Source of the DNA: Lepidodermella squamata
Taxonomy: Eukaryota; Animalia; Gastrotricha
Length of the DNA: 64,000 bases
Direction of reading: 5' to 3'
NCBI GenBank assembly: GCA_047495785.1
Contig: JBLDXI010000009.1
Location: forward strand, 2,976,001 to 3,040,000
Shown piece by piece: positions 23,601-34,611 of this stretch. The stretch's first letter is position 1. The number at the start of each line of letters is the position of its first letter. The translations under genes were made by a program, and so were the position numbers. Under the pieces are notes generated by a model. That model saw only the letters and a program-made list of their open reading frames with translations, did no database searches and was not told where the DNA came from.

Positions 23601-26600
23601 ACCTGAGTTCCATTTGTTCCTAAAAATTAGGGTCCAACTTTGGAATATTTAAACAGAATATCTTTTAGCGGAACCAAATTTGTCTGTTGCGGAACCAAAC
23701 TTTAGATAAGAACAACGTCGCTTTTCGAATATTTCCACGAAATTGCATGAGACGTAGGTAGGACGCCGCAGCTTGAACCCCGCCATGCAAACGGGGGTGT
23801 CATGCTGGTCTCATGCATGAATATTCAAGAATATTCTTATACTGTAAAAATTAAAATTTCAGGGTTTAAAAAGAAAAGAAAATTGAATAATCCCTGAAAT
23901 TTTTATAAATTAAAGCGGGGTCAATTTCAAAAGGGAGAAGAAATGTTCCGGTTCCATAGTTACCAAGCTGGATCCAGGTTCCAGCCTCGGAGAAGATTTC
24001 GAAGTTTCTGAATAAGCCACGCAAAAGGTCTAGGCCGGATTCAGTTTTCAGGATTTCCTGATTAAAATCTAGGAAACGATTCAATTTTCATTAAAATGCG
24101 AACACTTTATGTATGTTGCGCAACTTGAAGAGAGAACACAGCTTGAGTAAAAGTGTTAGTTCTCATTTTAGTACAATAATTTTCGTCTTTTTCTACTCGA
24201 AATCCGAGCGTAATAAAGCCTCTTTTAAGGCTGACTGGTGTAAATTCCGACCCGGGTGTTACATGGCTGGTTCTTATACAAGTTTTGGTCAAAATCACCG
24301 GCCTTTGCCATTCTTACCGTAGCTGATGTTACTGGCACTTTTACCGACGACTTTCTTGAAAGAATCTAGTGATTTATCGATGGATTCTGGTAATCATTCT
24401 TGAACCGAAGTTGGCCTACTTGACAAGTTCCAGTTCACTTTGTTCCTCTGCTGGGCTTCATTTTTCACCATCTAAATTGATAGAGCGAGCTGGAATGGAC
24501 CTGAACTTGGCATGTAACTACGTCTCATGGAACTTGGCCCTGGTCACGTTAAAGTTCGATTTATTTATATTTTTTATCAATTTATTTACTTGAAATTTTT
24601 TGATGGAAAATGTTCTGTAGGCGGGAGCTTCTGCCGGATTTTTCAATTTTACCTGGTCCTATTTTCAATTTAGAGAAAATTTATTGAAGTTAGAACTGAA
24701 GAAGATTCAAGAATGAGAGGGTTCCTCTCAGTTATTGTCGTGGCAATTGTCCTTGCAAACTCTCGTCTGGAGTTATTGGATGACAGCCTGCTATTGAATT
24801 TACTGTCGTCAACCTTCGACTGGTCAATTTACTTTGCTAAACTACCGATCTTTTGCCTGGGAAAAGGGGCATCATGGGTCCTGAGCGACTCGCTTGTGTT
24901 TTACCAAGCAGTGATAGAATGTTTCGCGGCACCAAGCGGATGGCTATTAATGGCTCTGTTTCCCTTACTATCGCTTCTTATTCGTCTAAAAATGTGCTAT
25001 CTGTTTAATCGATCGAATTGTAAAAGAAATGCCCTGTTGTTTCATCTGCTCATGCTTCATGGGTAGGCGGATTTATCACGAAAAAGCTGGGCCTCAAACC
25101 GACCGAGGCGTACCACAGTGACTACGTCGAGTTGCGCTCGCGCGGTGGTGCCACCCAGCCGAACGGCGACGTTATGGCCATAAGGTGGCTCTTTCAGCGA
25201 AGTACCGTGAAGATTTGACTACTTTCAAAAAGCTGGATGATGTGGCAAATCGTATGGGCGGCGAGTTGAACAAAATCAAAGAAAAATCGATCATTCTCCC
25301 GACTTTGTGCCGCCTCAAATACATCTTGGCACGAAGAACCGTGAAATTTTATCGCGAAAAATTTGGAGCATCCTCCTTATCACTGCGTTCAAGTCTAAAG
25401 CAATTAAAAAAAGACTAATTATTTTCCGTTTTATTTTTGACGATTTTCGTCCGATTTGCTCAGCTTTACCGTTGTGATAGAGAAAATATTTACCGAAGCA
25501 ATAAAAATCAAGATTTTCTAAAATTGATCTATGGTTTCATCTTTTCAATCGTGCCATTTTTTTCATCTTTTCACTTGCAAAGTAGCACTTACGGCGTATG
25601 AAACACTCTCTTTTTTTCTCGAAATGAACAGTTTCATCACAACATCTGGCGCCAAAAGATAATGAGATGATTCATCTCATTATTTTCAAAACGCGACCTT
25701 CGACCTCATTATCTCTCATTTCACTTTTTTCTCGTAAAAAGCCCAGCTGCGGCGTCCTAGCTACGTCTCATGCGAAATTGAGGCAATTTATGAACTCTAT
25801 AGTGAAGAGTGCGTCTTATACAGAATTTCACGCTAAATTCAAAGATAATTTGTATTAAATTATGCCGATCAATCATGACATCCCTAAAAGCTTCGAAAAT
25901 GGATTTTAGGCCCATTGAAAATTCCAACATTTTGTTCCGCTAAAAGTAAGACCCATATTTAAATGGCCAACAAAAGCATTGTCGAAATGTTTGGTTATTT
26001 TCAAAAAAATTTCAAATAATTTCGCAGCAGCTCACGTTCCAAATTCAAGCCGGAAAAATACCTCGTAAAATTGATGAATTTCTCGGGCCATTCTTCGTGT
26101 TCAGCAGCCCCATCCAGCCTTTGACCCGCTCGATGAAAATTTGCCGCTGCACATGAAGGGCCCCGGTTGGCTGAACAAACGGCTCAAACGGGGATATCGG
26201 CACCATTTGCACATCTAAATTGCGATCCCACGACACCGTAACCAGCACAATTTTAATTTCATCCGGCGCAACATGCAGAAAATTGATGACGGCATTAATT
26301 AAGGTCGCGCTGATTTGCGCGGTGATGCTGCCGGAAAAATCGGCGACGATCGCGACCACGTGATCCCGCAGCTCTGGATATTTTACGAAGCGAAAAGTCG
26401 GCGCAGTATTGCCGACAAACCGCGGCGAATTTTGCGAAGCGGCAAAATCGTACGAGCTTAAAATTGCGCCCAACGTTGATGTTCGATTGCAAATGCGGTT
26501 GTGAGGCGTATCAGGCTCGGGATTATGTCGGCGGGCGTTATCGCAGTTGGGACGGGTTGTTGTCGCGCAAAATTCGGCATTTTCTTCCGGTAAAAGGTCT

Positions 26601-28975
26601 GGCCGGAAAGCGAAAGATGCGACAGAATTCGTTTTACTGCTCACGATTTGAACTTCTAGCGATTTCGAGACGGTTACATTGCTCGGTAGGTAATTCGATT
26701 TGATGACTTCAGAACAAGAGGCCTGTTGATTTAGGACTGAAGATCCGGCTTTTTGGTCATTTGGCACGTAGTTGATTTCACTCGGGCTCGCGGCGACTTC
26801 ATCCCCGATGCCCCAACGATTAAGGGCGAACATTTTGGCGAGAGATTGAGCGGCTCCTGACGAGCGGAGGTGATTCTGGGAAACATAGACTCCAAGTCCG
26901 GGCTTGAAAAAAATTTAAAAAAAAATTAATAAGTAGGCTGAGAAAATTCTGCAAAAGTATATCAATAATTTTCGATCATCCATAAAAAATTTAAAAATTC
27001 AAATTCAAATTAAAAAAAATTTAAATTCGATAGCAAATTTATGCAATTTTCAAAATTTAAATAAATAAATATAAGATAATTATAACGTTATTTAAAACTA
27101 TTTTTTTCCATTTTTTCAAAAAAAACCTGTTACCTCTCCACAAGTTCCTAGCTGGACCGCTCTCGGTTGCGAAGTGCTGAAATCTGGCAAAACCTTGATA
27201 TCAGCATTTTTGAATGTCTCATACGTCGCAGTTCCATGCGTATTGTTCCACTGGCTCAAAATTGTCACTGTCCTGAAATAAGCTCGCCCGCCCGTAGCTT
27301 TATAAATAGCCGCCGAAGCGTTGGTCATCGCACTGACAAGATCAGCGACCAGGCTGTTGTCCAAGAAATGAATCTGGTGAATGGCGATCACAATGTCATT
27401 GAATTCATTTTTCACCAAATGAGCGCCGTATTTCAAGGCGGGGTAAGGTTTGGCGCAGCAAACCACGTTAGATGGGTAATTTTCACAATCGCCTGGGTAC
27501 CGCACCAATTCATCAGAGCAGTAACGGGAAAATTCCGAAGCTCCCATGACCTGGGTCGAAGGTTCAACGAAACAGATTCCTTGACCTCGACTGCATTCAG
27601 CGCCATCTAAAACACCCGGAGCGCAGTCGAAGAAACTTGCGAAAAGTTTGTAAGATTCCCAGGTCTTCCTAGTAAAAACCGATTGATAATCCGGAAAAGG
27701 AGCGCCTATTTCAGAATTAAGGCTATGCATAATTCGATAGGCCGATAGAAGCGATCCAACGCCGAATCGTTGCTCCAAATCGTAGTTAGCGAATAAATTT
27801 TGAATGAAGTGCGAAAAAACGTAAGGAGAATAGAACGAGAAGTAGCTATCGGGTAGTAAACCCTTTGGGACACCCTTCCAATCAATTAGATGCTTGTAGA
27901 ACCCTGCCATTCCACTCTGGAACATGAAGTTCTCGCTGAAAACGTTCATCTATCAAATAAATTTCATCATTAGAATGCGAAAATCCAATTAAAAGCTCAC
28001 CATAAATTGCACAAAAGACGAGCGATGGCAGTCGAATATGCAAGTTCCTACAGTTTTATCGAAAGCTGATAACAGGAAAGGCGCCCAGGCCAGAACTCGT
28101 TGAGGTGAGGCGACTTCGGTCGAATTCATCAAAGCGAACGTTTTTACAAGAGCTGTTGCATAACGGTCGTAATTGATAGGACAAGTAATATTAACGTCTT
28201 CCGCGACGCAACAAGGCTGTTAAGAAAAATCATTAAAAGTTATTTAAAAATTAAAAAAATTCATGTACTGAATTTATTGGATCAGAGCATCCGTATGAAA
28301 CGCCAGCGACAACGTCGAAGATACCAGGGCATGACCTCTTCGGGCGGCAATGGCCTGAGCGACTCTTTGATCCAATAATTAAGGCGCATTTCGGTAGCAT
28401 GCAGCAATAAAGCGACGAAGGACAATCAGGTGACACATTAATTGACCCGCCCAATACATTAACACAGGAATAGCTATAAAAAAAATGTCAAAAATTACGC
28501 GTCAAGTCTTGGAAATATTTGACTCACTAAGACGTACAGCTGCCATTTCTCAGCTGACTTTGGCTGAAGCACTGAAAAATAAACAAATTCATTTTAATTT
28601 TTTGTGAATTAATATTTTTACCTCGATCGGTGGAGCAGGTAAAAAGTGGCTAGCCGGGCTTCCGAAATTCAGACTTTTATTTATATTTTCAGTCGGGTAA
28701 AGAGTTAGCGGCTCAGGTGTGGGTGTAATAAAATGACTTTTCCACGGCTGATACGTCACGCCTTCGTTAGTCCCAGTGCAATCGAAAACATTACTGGGCG
28801 GCGGGTAATAAAACGGAATCTCTCGCACAGGAGTTCTTTGGAGCACTATAATTTCGAAAAATTAATTTAAAAATTCAAAATTGTGAAATAACTTACGGAA
28901 AGGAGGTGGTTGGCACGTTGCAAAATTTGAAAGACAATGGAGAAAATAAAGAAATATAAAGCGTGCTCCACGCAT
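20615..28975 (-). CDS. CLCA-like type I membrane protein B (tandem paralog of A); multi-exon
   Basis: Signal peptide MRGARFIFLYFLHCLSNFATC at 28975. Same motifs as A (ASAAIYKATGGRAYFRTVTIL, VADFSGS, YDDGLGEDGFANDGVYT, TM). Introns 26903-27133 and 22854-26061 join in frame. Confidence 0.85.
23000..23567. mobile_element. Non-autonomous Tc1/mariner-type element (MITE)
   Basis: TIR CAGCGTGT(C/T)CCATA at both ends, flanked by TA at 22998-22999 and 23568-23569. Confidence 0.7.
23202..23386. mobile_element. Foldback MITE with ~70-bp near-perfect arms, nested in the Tc1/mariner-type element (GAG..CTC ends, possibly Sola2-like)
   Basis: Arms 23202-23271 and 23317-23386; ACCC directly on both sides (candidate 4-bp TSD). 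Confidence 0.7.
23746..25772. mobile_element. P-element-like non-autonomous DNA transposon (~2.0 kb)
   Basis: 28-bp TIR CATGAGACGTAG(G/C)TAGGACGCCGCAGCT (23746-23773 / 25745-25772); perfect 8-bp TSD CGAAATTG (23738-23745 / 25773-25780). CAT..ATG ends with an 8-bp TSD are typical of the P superfamily. No intact transposase ORF. Confidence 0.75.
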
Positions 28976-29395
28976 CTTTTTCGCCCTTTTACGGTATCAT
29001 TTTCGCGCCCTAAAAAGTTGTCAAACGTTTTCTTACAATAGGAAAGTGACGAACATTCAAGGATATATACTTGTTAATAGTGTCGCCTTGTTAAGAGGCC
29101 TGAGTAATCATCATTACTGCGACCATAATATCATATCAACGCATTATTGTTATTAAAACGGCGTCGAAATATAAGGCGGTAATAGACGTGGTGTAGAAAC
29201 AAATATATATTGTAGCGTTATCGCTTTGTTAGGAGTGCGCGCATCACGCATTTCATGGCGCATGTTTGTTTTCGGGTTCGTGCTGTGCGACGCCTTTTGC
29301 GTGTGTCTCGTTTCGCGAAATATACCGCGCCGTTTAGGTAGGTAATAATAACTTTGGCCTCAATTGTTGCGCACCGCAAATCTTCTTCACGTGAA

Positions 29396-29413
29396 TGTGT
29401 GTGTGTGTGTGTG
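29396..29413. repeat. (TG)n microsatellite
   Basis: tgtgtgtgtgtgtgtgtg run. Confidence 0.8.
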
Positions 29414-29799
29414 CGCGCTTCAAAATTGGCCCTATGATGTGCTCTCTATAATTACAAGGCTTGGTCGAGACATTGTCATCATATTAAAGCGCATGTTGAA
29501 ATTTACACGCGAACAATTGCTGTGCAAATAACACGAATAAAAGATTCTTTTATTATTTCTTGAACATTTTTCTCACCCAGTTTTTACTTCACACGGTTTG
29601 GTTTTATTGAAAGATGCGAATAATAATCTGTCGAGTGGAACAAAAAATATTTACATCAGCGGTGTTGCATTGAAGTTTCCTGAGATAATTAAGTAATTAG
29701 CGGCTATTATACACCTATCAGAGAAAATAAAGCCTAATTTAAGGTGGATACAAAATTTTTCGCACTTTTCAAGTGATAATCAGAGTTTTTGGGGTTACA

Positions 29800-30993
29800 T
29801 CTTATTCTGCGGCTTCAGCCTCCGCGGCCTCGACAGCAAAGCAACCGGTAAATCGGGACAATTGATTAGCCATGCTCAGAGACGATAAGAAAAGGAAAAA
29901 CTAAAAATTGAAAAAATTAAAAAAAAATATTTCACGGATTCGGAAAATTACAGTTAGGATCAGGGCGATAAGGGTGTGAATAAACGGGATCATCAAGGTT
30001 GTTTTAACACGCTTAATCATGCTGGTGCAATTCTGAAAAAGCATAAATATTTAATAAAATAAGGGAAAAATTCAACTCGTCAAACCGTATTGCAATTAGC
30101 TGAGACACAGCCGCTACCGTATGATGCGTTCAACCAGGTGGCCTGGGCGGTTCCGAAGTCGGAACATCCATTGTCAACACCACAGCATTGGTACTCGTAC
30201 ATGACACGGCTGAGTCCGGTGGCACGGAAGTTGAACTTGGATGCTGTAATTTCATCTTTCCACTGGGATTTCAATGAAGTGTCAGCCTAAGGGAAAAAAA
30301 TGTATTCGACTCAACCCTTATTTTTCAACTTACCCCATTCCAAACTTGACCCTCATCAGCGGTCAAAATGACGAAGAAAACGAGGTTCATCAGCATGAGA
30401 AGGCACGTCAGCAAAATGGCGGCGCGATGTTGGCAAACAACGGCTAAAAGCCCGATGACAGCCGAGGCTCCGAGGCTGATCCACCAGCACAGCCTAACGC
30501 CAATAGGGACAAACTGGGCGGGGATCAACTTGGTCTGAAAATTTGCTAAAATTATATCAAAAAACTATAATTTTAGGATATCCGTACCGAAAAGTTGGTG
30601 AATCCCCAGCTGACACTTGAACTTTTGTAGCCTTCCATCGAGAAAACAAAGTCCGAAGACATCAAAAAGCAAGCTGTCCAGTACCCAGATACAATCATCT
30701 ATTTCATAGAAATGAATGGAATACGAGGGATTCAATATGAGACTTTTTACCAGAAGTAGTGCTGACATGAATGCAAAGAAGCATAGGCAATGTGGGTCTA
30801 CGCCTGGTGGAGGAGCTGGCGGCTCCTCAGCCGGTGGGGGAGCTTCTTCTTTAGCCGCTGGAATTGGAACAGGCTGGGCGGCCATGACCGGGATGTACTG
30901 AGTAGTAGGAGCTTGTTGCGCTAGTAGCACTGTACTCGGTTGGCCTACAACCCAAGGACCGCCAGACGTAGCCGTGGAAGCCACTTGGAACAT
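29800..30993 (-). CDS. Divergent tetraspanin-like protein (multi-exon; 3' end approximate)
   Basis: Several hydrophobic exons plus an extracellular loop with YQCCGVDNGCSDF and later Cys residues (tetraspanin CCG motif); Pro-rich cytosolic N-terminus. Confidence 0.7.
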
Positions 30994-31315
30994 GTCCGTT
31001 AACAGGTTTTAAATCGCGAATATTCGCGAGGTGGATATGAAGTAGGTTTTAATTACTCAAAACTTGATGAAGATTATGATGATAAGAAGTGTTTTACATT
31101 CAATCTCTGGCGTGATTTAGTTGCGATCCCAAGTTTGACCAGCTGCCGAGTGTTCGAGTTCACGCACATTTTGCGCTAGCTACCCAAAGTTGGCAAACAC
31201 ATTTACGGGAATAAGCGTCAGAAGATGCTGCATGACATCAATTTTATTACCATATAATAAATGTACAAGGTTAGAAACTATGATAGTTTTTGATTGATAT
31301 AAGCCAACTAAATAC

Positions 31316-33784
31316 TCATTGAGTACTTGAGCTAGCTGACGTTGATTGATCGAATTTCGGGGTAGCTCTGTTGGACCTGCTGAAAATCGACGACGCCAAA
31401 CTTCGCTGCTTTAATCCCCTCTTCAAGACATCAATATTTTGAGTCGAGCTGAACAAGCCAGAAATTAGTATGCCCAACACTGCCACAGCGGTCTGCTGTT
31501 GAGCAACGTCTTGCAATAGCAGAAGAATCAAAATGGCAGCCATAAGTATGGTGGTCACTAGAATCAAACCAATGGTATGGGATGAGAAATTGACGAAGCC
31601 CTTGTGCCATTTTGTTTGGCGAAGCTTGAAAGCAATCAAGCACGCGAGGAGAAGGGCAGTGATGTTGAAACAAGTCAGTCCTAACAGCCAGCCGATATTT
31701 GATGAGCAATGATGCTCAAGGTAAATCAGCATAGTGTCAGAGGCTTCATCAAGTTCTGCCGGAAATGGTCGGACTAGTGAACATTGCAGAGGATCTACCG
31801 AAAGCCAAATGGTTAAGATGACGAAATTGACGAAAGCGAAAGCTACTACAAATTTCAGAGCTTGCCTCTCAAAATAGGCATAGGTATAAGATGAAACAGT
31901 TATTTGAGGTAGTCTTCTCTCAGTTATGACAGATATTTGCTCTGAGTTTGTTAGAGACAAGGTAAAATCCCTCAATGTCTCTTTTATGGCATTATAATTC
32001 GCTAGCATTCTAAAAACAATGCTACCAACGATTAAACCTAAGGAGCTAACCAACAGCACGATTCTTACAATCCATACGGGGTAAGGACCTGATGAGCCAT
32101 TTGGAAGGGCGAATGTCACGCTGCATCCATTAAGTAGGACACACCCAAAATCGCTGATGAATTTCAGCTTCGGCATGCGTGTGAACGAATAACGTTTCAC
32201 CTGTTTCAGATCATCAATCAGGTACCAGATTTGAGCCGATGTCAGCAGAGCTGCGAACAATGAGACAAGGACCAAGGCTTCGTAACTTGGCTCAAGGATG
32301 ATGCTTGATATTCGTTGAGAATCTCGAGGAGGAGTACCTTCTGGTGTTACCCAGGGAATCCTTTCCATCAGATTCAACCTGTAGCTGTCATAGTCGTACT
32401 TGGGTGCTCCGTCTAATTGAATGATTTCAATGACCTTAGTGAAACCTCTATCAGGAGTCCAATGTACCATAAAACTAGGAACACCGGCCAATTCGCCGCG
32501 ATAGTCGTAGTAGGCTTGCGGCGTGCGAAGTCCGCTGTAGCTTGACGTAAGAGCTGCTTTTGCAACTTCAGAGCCGACCTCTTCCGGGAACTGGCCGTAA
32601 TGGCGCAGAGTTAAGTTTTGGCGTTTCAAAGCTTTCTCAGCTCTATCCAACGTCAGAATTGCATTCATTGCTGCATCATGACATACCTGTAAGTGAGATG
32701 ACGTTTGAGATAGAAGTAAAATCCTTAAAAGACTTACCAAACGGTACTGGTAGTCGAAATCGCGGGATTTATTGGTGAAATAGTCGAAGATTTCATCGAA
32801 CTCTGGTCGGTTGTAGCCAAACGATGTTTTCATGGTCGGTCGAGAGTGGCAATCGTAATTTGCGAACCAAAGCGTTCGCGACATTTGAGACGCAAGAACC
32901 TCCCTAGTGCAGCCCTTCAAAAATGCTTCTGGCGCAGTTCTATAGTCGATGAAGCTTGAGTCGTATGTCATAAACATGAACCTGGGCCCATACATGCCAA
33001 CCTGATATGCGAGGCAGAAAAACGCTGCTACGTCTTCGATTGATGAGACGATCAAAACTACGACTCTAGCGCCACTTGATTTCAGAGAAATAGCCGTCTC
33101 GTGGTCAAATTCGATTATAGAGTTGAACCAAGCCACGTCGATTTTCTGACTCTCGGCAACGCCTTGTAAATGCAGAGCCGCGTTGTAGCTCAAAACACTC
33201 TTGGCAGATGTGAGAATGGCAATCTTATTCCATTTACCGACCTCCTTAATGAACCTTACGTAGCCATAGTTGAGCGGGTGAGCTGTTACCAAGGTAAGGA
33301 GCAGATTAGGAAATCTTTCCCGTTTTTGAGACAAAACAGTGGCAGAGCAAGTTGTTGCCATGGCGAAAAAGTTGACGTGATGCATGAAGTAACCCAAGCC
33401 TTGGCATGCATTTGATGACGTCGGGCCAATCGCAAGAGGGGACATGAACAAGTTAGGGTCATTAGGATCACTCCCATTCTCGTATTTGCGGTAGAATTGC
33501 CAAAAATTAGTCGGCGCCCGACGTCCGCCAGCTCCCTCGTCGTAGATTGAATAGTCTAGGTTGTAGTCGGGAAGAATGTCCGTTCGATTGTTGGCGTGAG
33601 CGGCGGCGACGAGAGCGCCGTTTCTGCAATCGACAGCTGTGTTGGGCTCAGATCCAGTCACGATAGTGTTGAATAGGATTGAAAGTTTGTATGGCTTTTT
33701 GACACTTGTTGGCCATCTCGACGTGGACTGCGCTTCGTATTGGCCAGTCAGAAAAATAAACAAGAAAATTAACTTGACAAACAT
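31316..33784 (-). CDS. Class C GPCR, GABA-B-receptor-like 1 (probable start MFVKLIFL; 51-nt intron 32687-32737)
   Basis: Signal peptide; Venus-flytrap domain (HANNRTDILPDYNL, IGPTSSNAC, LSQKRERFPNL, KWNKIAIL); W...PP.D linker with no Cys-rich domain; seven hydrophobic segments including IWLSVDPL. Confidence 0.85.
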   Translation of the reverse strand: MFVKLIFLFIFLTGQYEAQSTSRWPTSVKKPYKLSILFNTIVTGSEPNTAVDCRNGALVAAAHANNRTDILPDYNLDYSIYDEGAGGRRAPTNFWQFYRKYENGSDPNDPNLFMSPLAIGPTSSNACQGLGYFMHHVNFFAMATTCSATVLSQKRERFPNLLLTLVTAHPLNYGYVRFIKEVGKWNKIAILTSAKSVLSYNAALHLQGVAESQKIDVAWFNSIIEFDHETAISLKSSGARVVVLIVSSIEDVAAFFCLAYQVGMYGPRFMFMTYDSSFIDYRTAPEAFLKGCTREVLASQMSRTLWFANYDCHSRPTMKTSFGYNRPEFDEIFDYFTNKSRDFDYQYRLVSLLRILLLSQTSSHLQVCHDAAMNAILTLDRAEKALKRQNLTLRHYGQFPEEVGSEVAKAALTSSYSGLRTPQAYYDYRGELAGVPSFMVHWTPDRGFTKVIEIIQLDGAPKYDYDSYRLNLMERIPWVTPEGTPPRDSQRISSIILEPSYEALVLVSLFAALLTSAQIWYLIDDLKQVKRYSFTRMPKLKFISDFGCVLLNGCSVTFALPNGSSGPYPVWIVRIVLLVSSLGLIVGSIVFRMLANYNAIKETLRDFTLSLTNSEQISVITERRLPQITVSSYTYAYFERQALKFVVAFAFVNFVILTIWLSVDPLQCSLVRPFPAELDEASDTMLIYLEHHCSSNIGWLLGLTCFNITALLLACLIAFKLRQTKWHKGFVNFSSHTIGLILVTTILMAAILILLLLQDVAQQQTAVAVLGILISGLFSSTQNIDVLKRGLKQRSLASSIFSRSNRATPKFDQSTSASSSTQ

Positions 33785-33952
33785 TTCACGAAATCTGTCT
33801 TTGATAGCTAATAGGAAATCTTCTAAGTATAGGATAACGCAATACGTACGCCGCCTGCTTCGAATTCCGACAGCATTGTCACTAGCGTCCATATAATTTA
33901 GGCTAATGGACTTAGAAATTCATTCAATTTAATTAATTTTAGCCCTTTTAGG

Positions 33953-34139
33953 ATATCGTTAGCGGCGCGCCAAAACAACCACTTTACTATTATTTATAGA
34001 TTTTATATGGATAGTACGATCGAGAGTAGAAAAAATCAGTGCTCAAATGGCCTATCGTACTTTATCATTACGTTCGGCGACTTCAAGTACGATCGAATGA
34101 ATCATCTAAGTGGTTGTTTTGGCGCGCCGCTAACGATAT
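33953..34139. mobile_element. MITE with ~30-bp perfect TIRs
   Basis: ATATCGTTAGCGGCGCGCCAAAACAACCACTT ... AAGTGGTTGTTTTGGCGCGCCGCTAACGATAT; TA at both ends. Confidence 0.75.
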
Positions 34140-34611
34140 ACGCTTACGCATTATCGGTAGCACGTCATATTCTAGTTTCTAGTACAAGTGCTTATACATG
34201 CGGCGACTCCTGAAAACTTTTCACTTAGATTCTTCAGAAGCGGCGGCTGACGTCATCAGTTGGCATCAGCTCTGCGATAAAGTACACCTTTACAATGATA
34301 CGAGATCTCTCTTCGAAGAACATGAAGAAGGTGGTCAGAAATTTCCCCAGAACGATATTCAAGAAAAAACTAAATGGAGTAAATCTGAATTGCCAGCGAA
34401 AACGCAAGAAGAAAAAAGTGCGTGTAGTTTGGCCATTCCCCGGAGTAGCTCAAGTTCAACCCACGAGGTTTTAATTAATTTCACTCAAATTGATGACTAA
34501 TGAAAGCATCCGTTTATTATTCGCAACACTCTTAATTCTTGGTGCAATCATCTGAGCATCGAACATTAAGTATTTTCTGCCTTACTTTATTGTATCACCA
34601 AAAATACATGG

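Noticed and set aside
33785-33892. Upstream ATG extension of GPCR ORF 31316..33892
   Set aside because: The signal peptide begins at MFVKLIFL; the extra 36 codons are probably 5' UTR.
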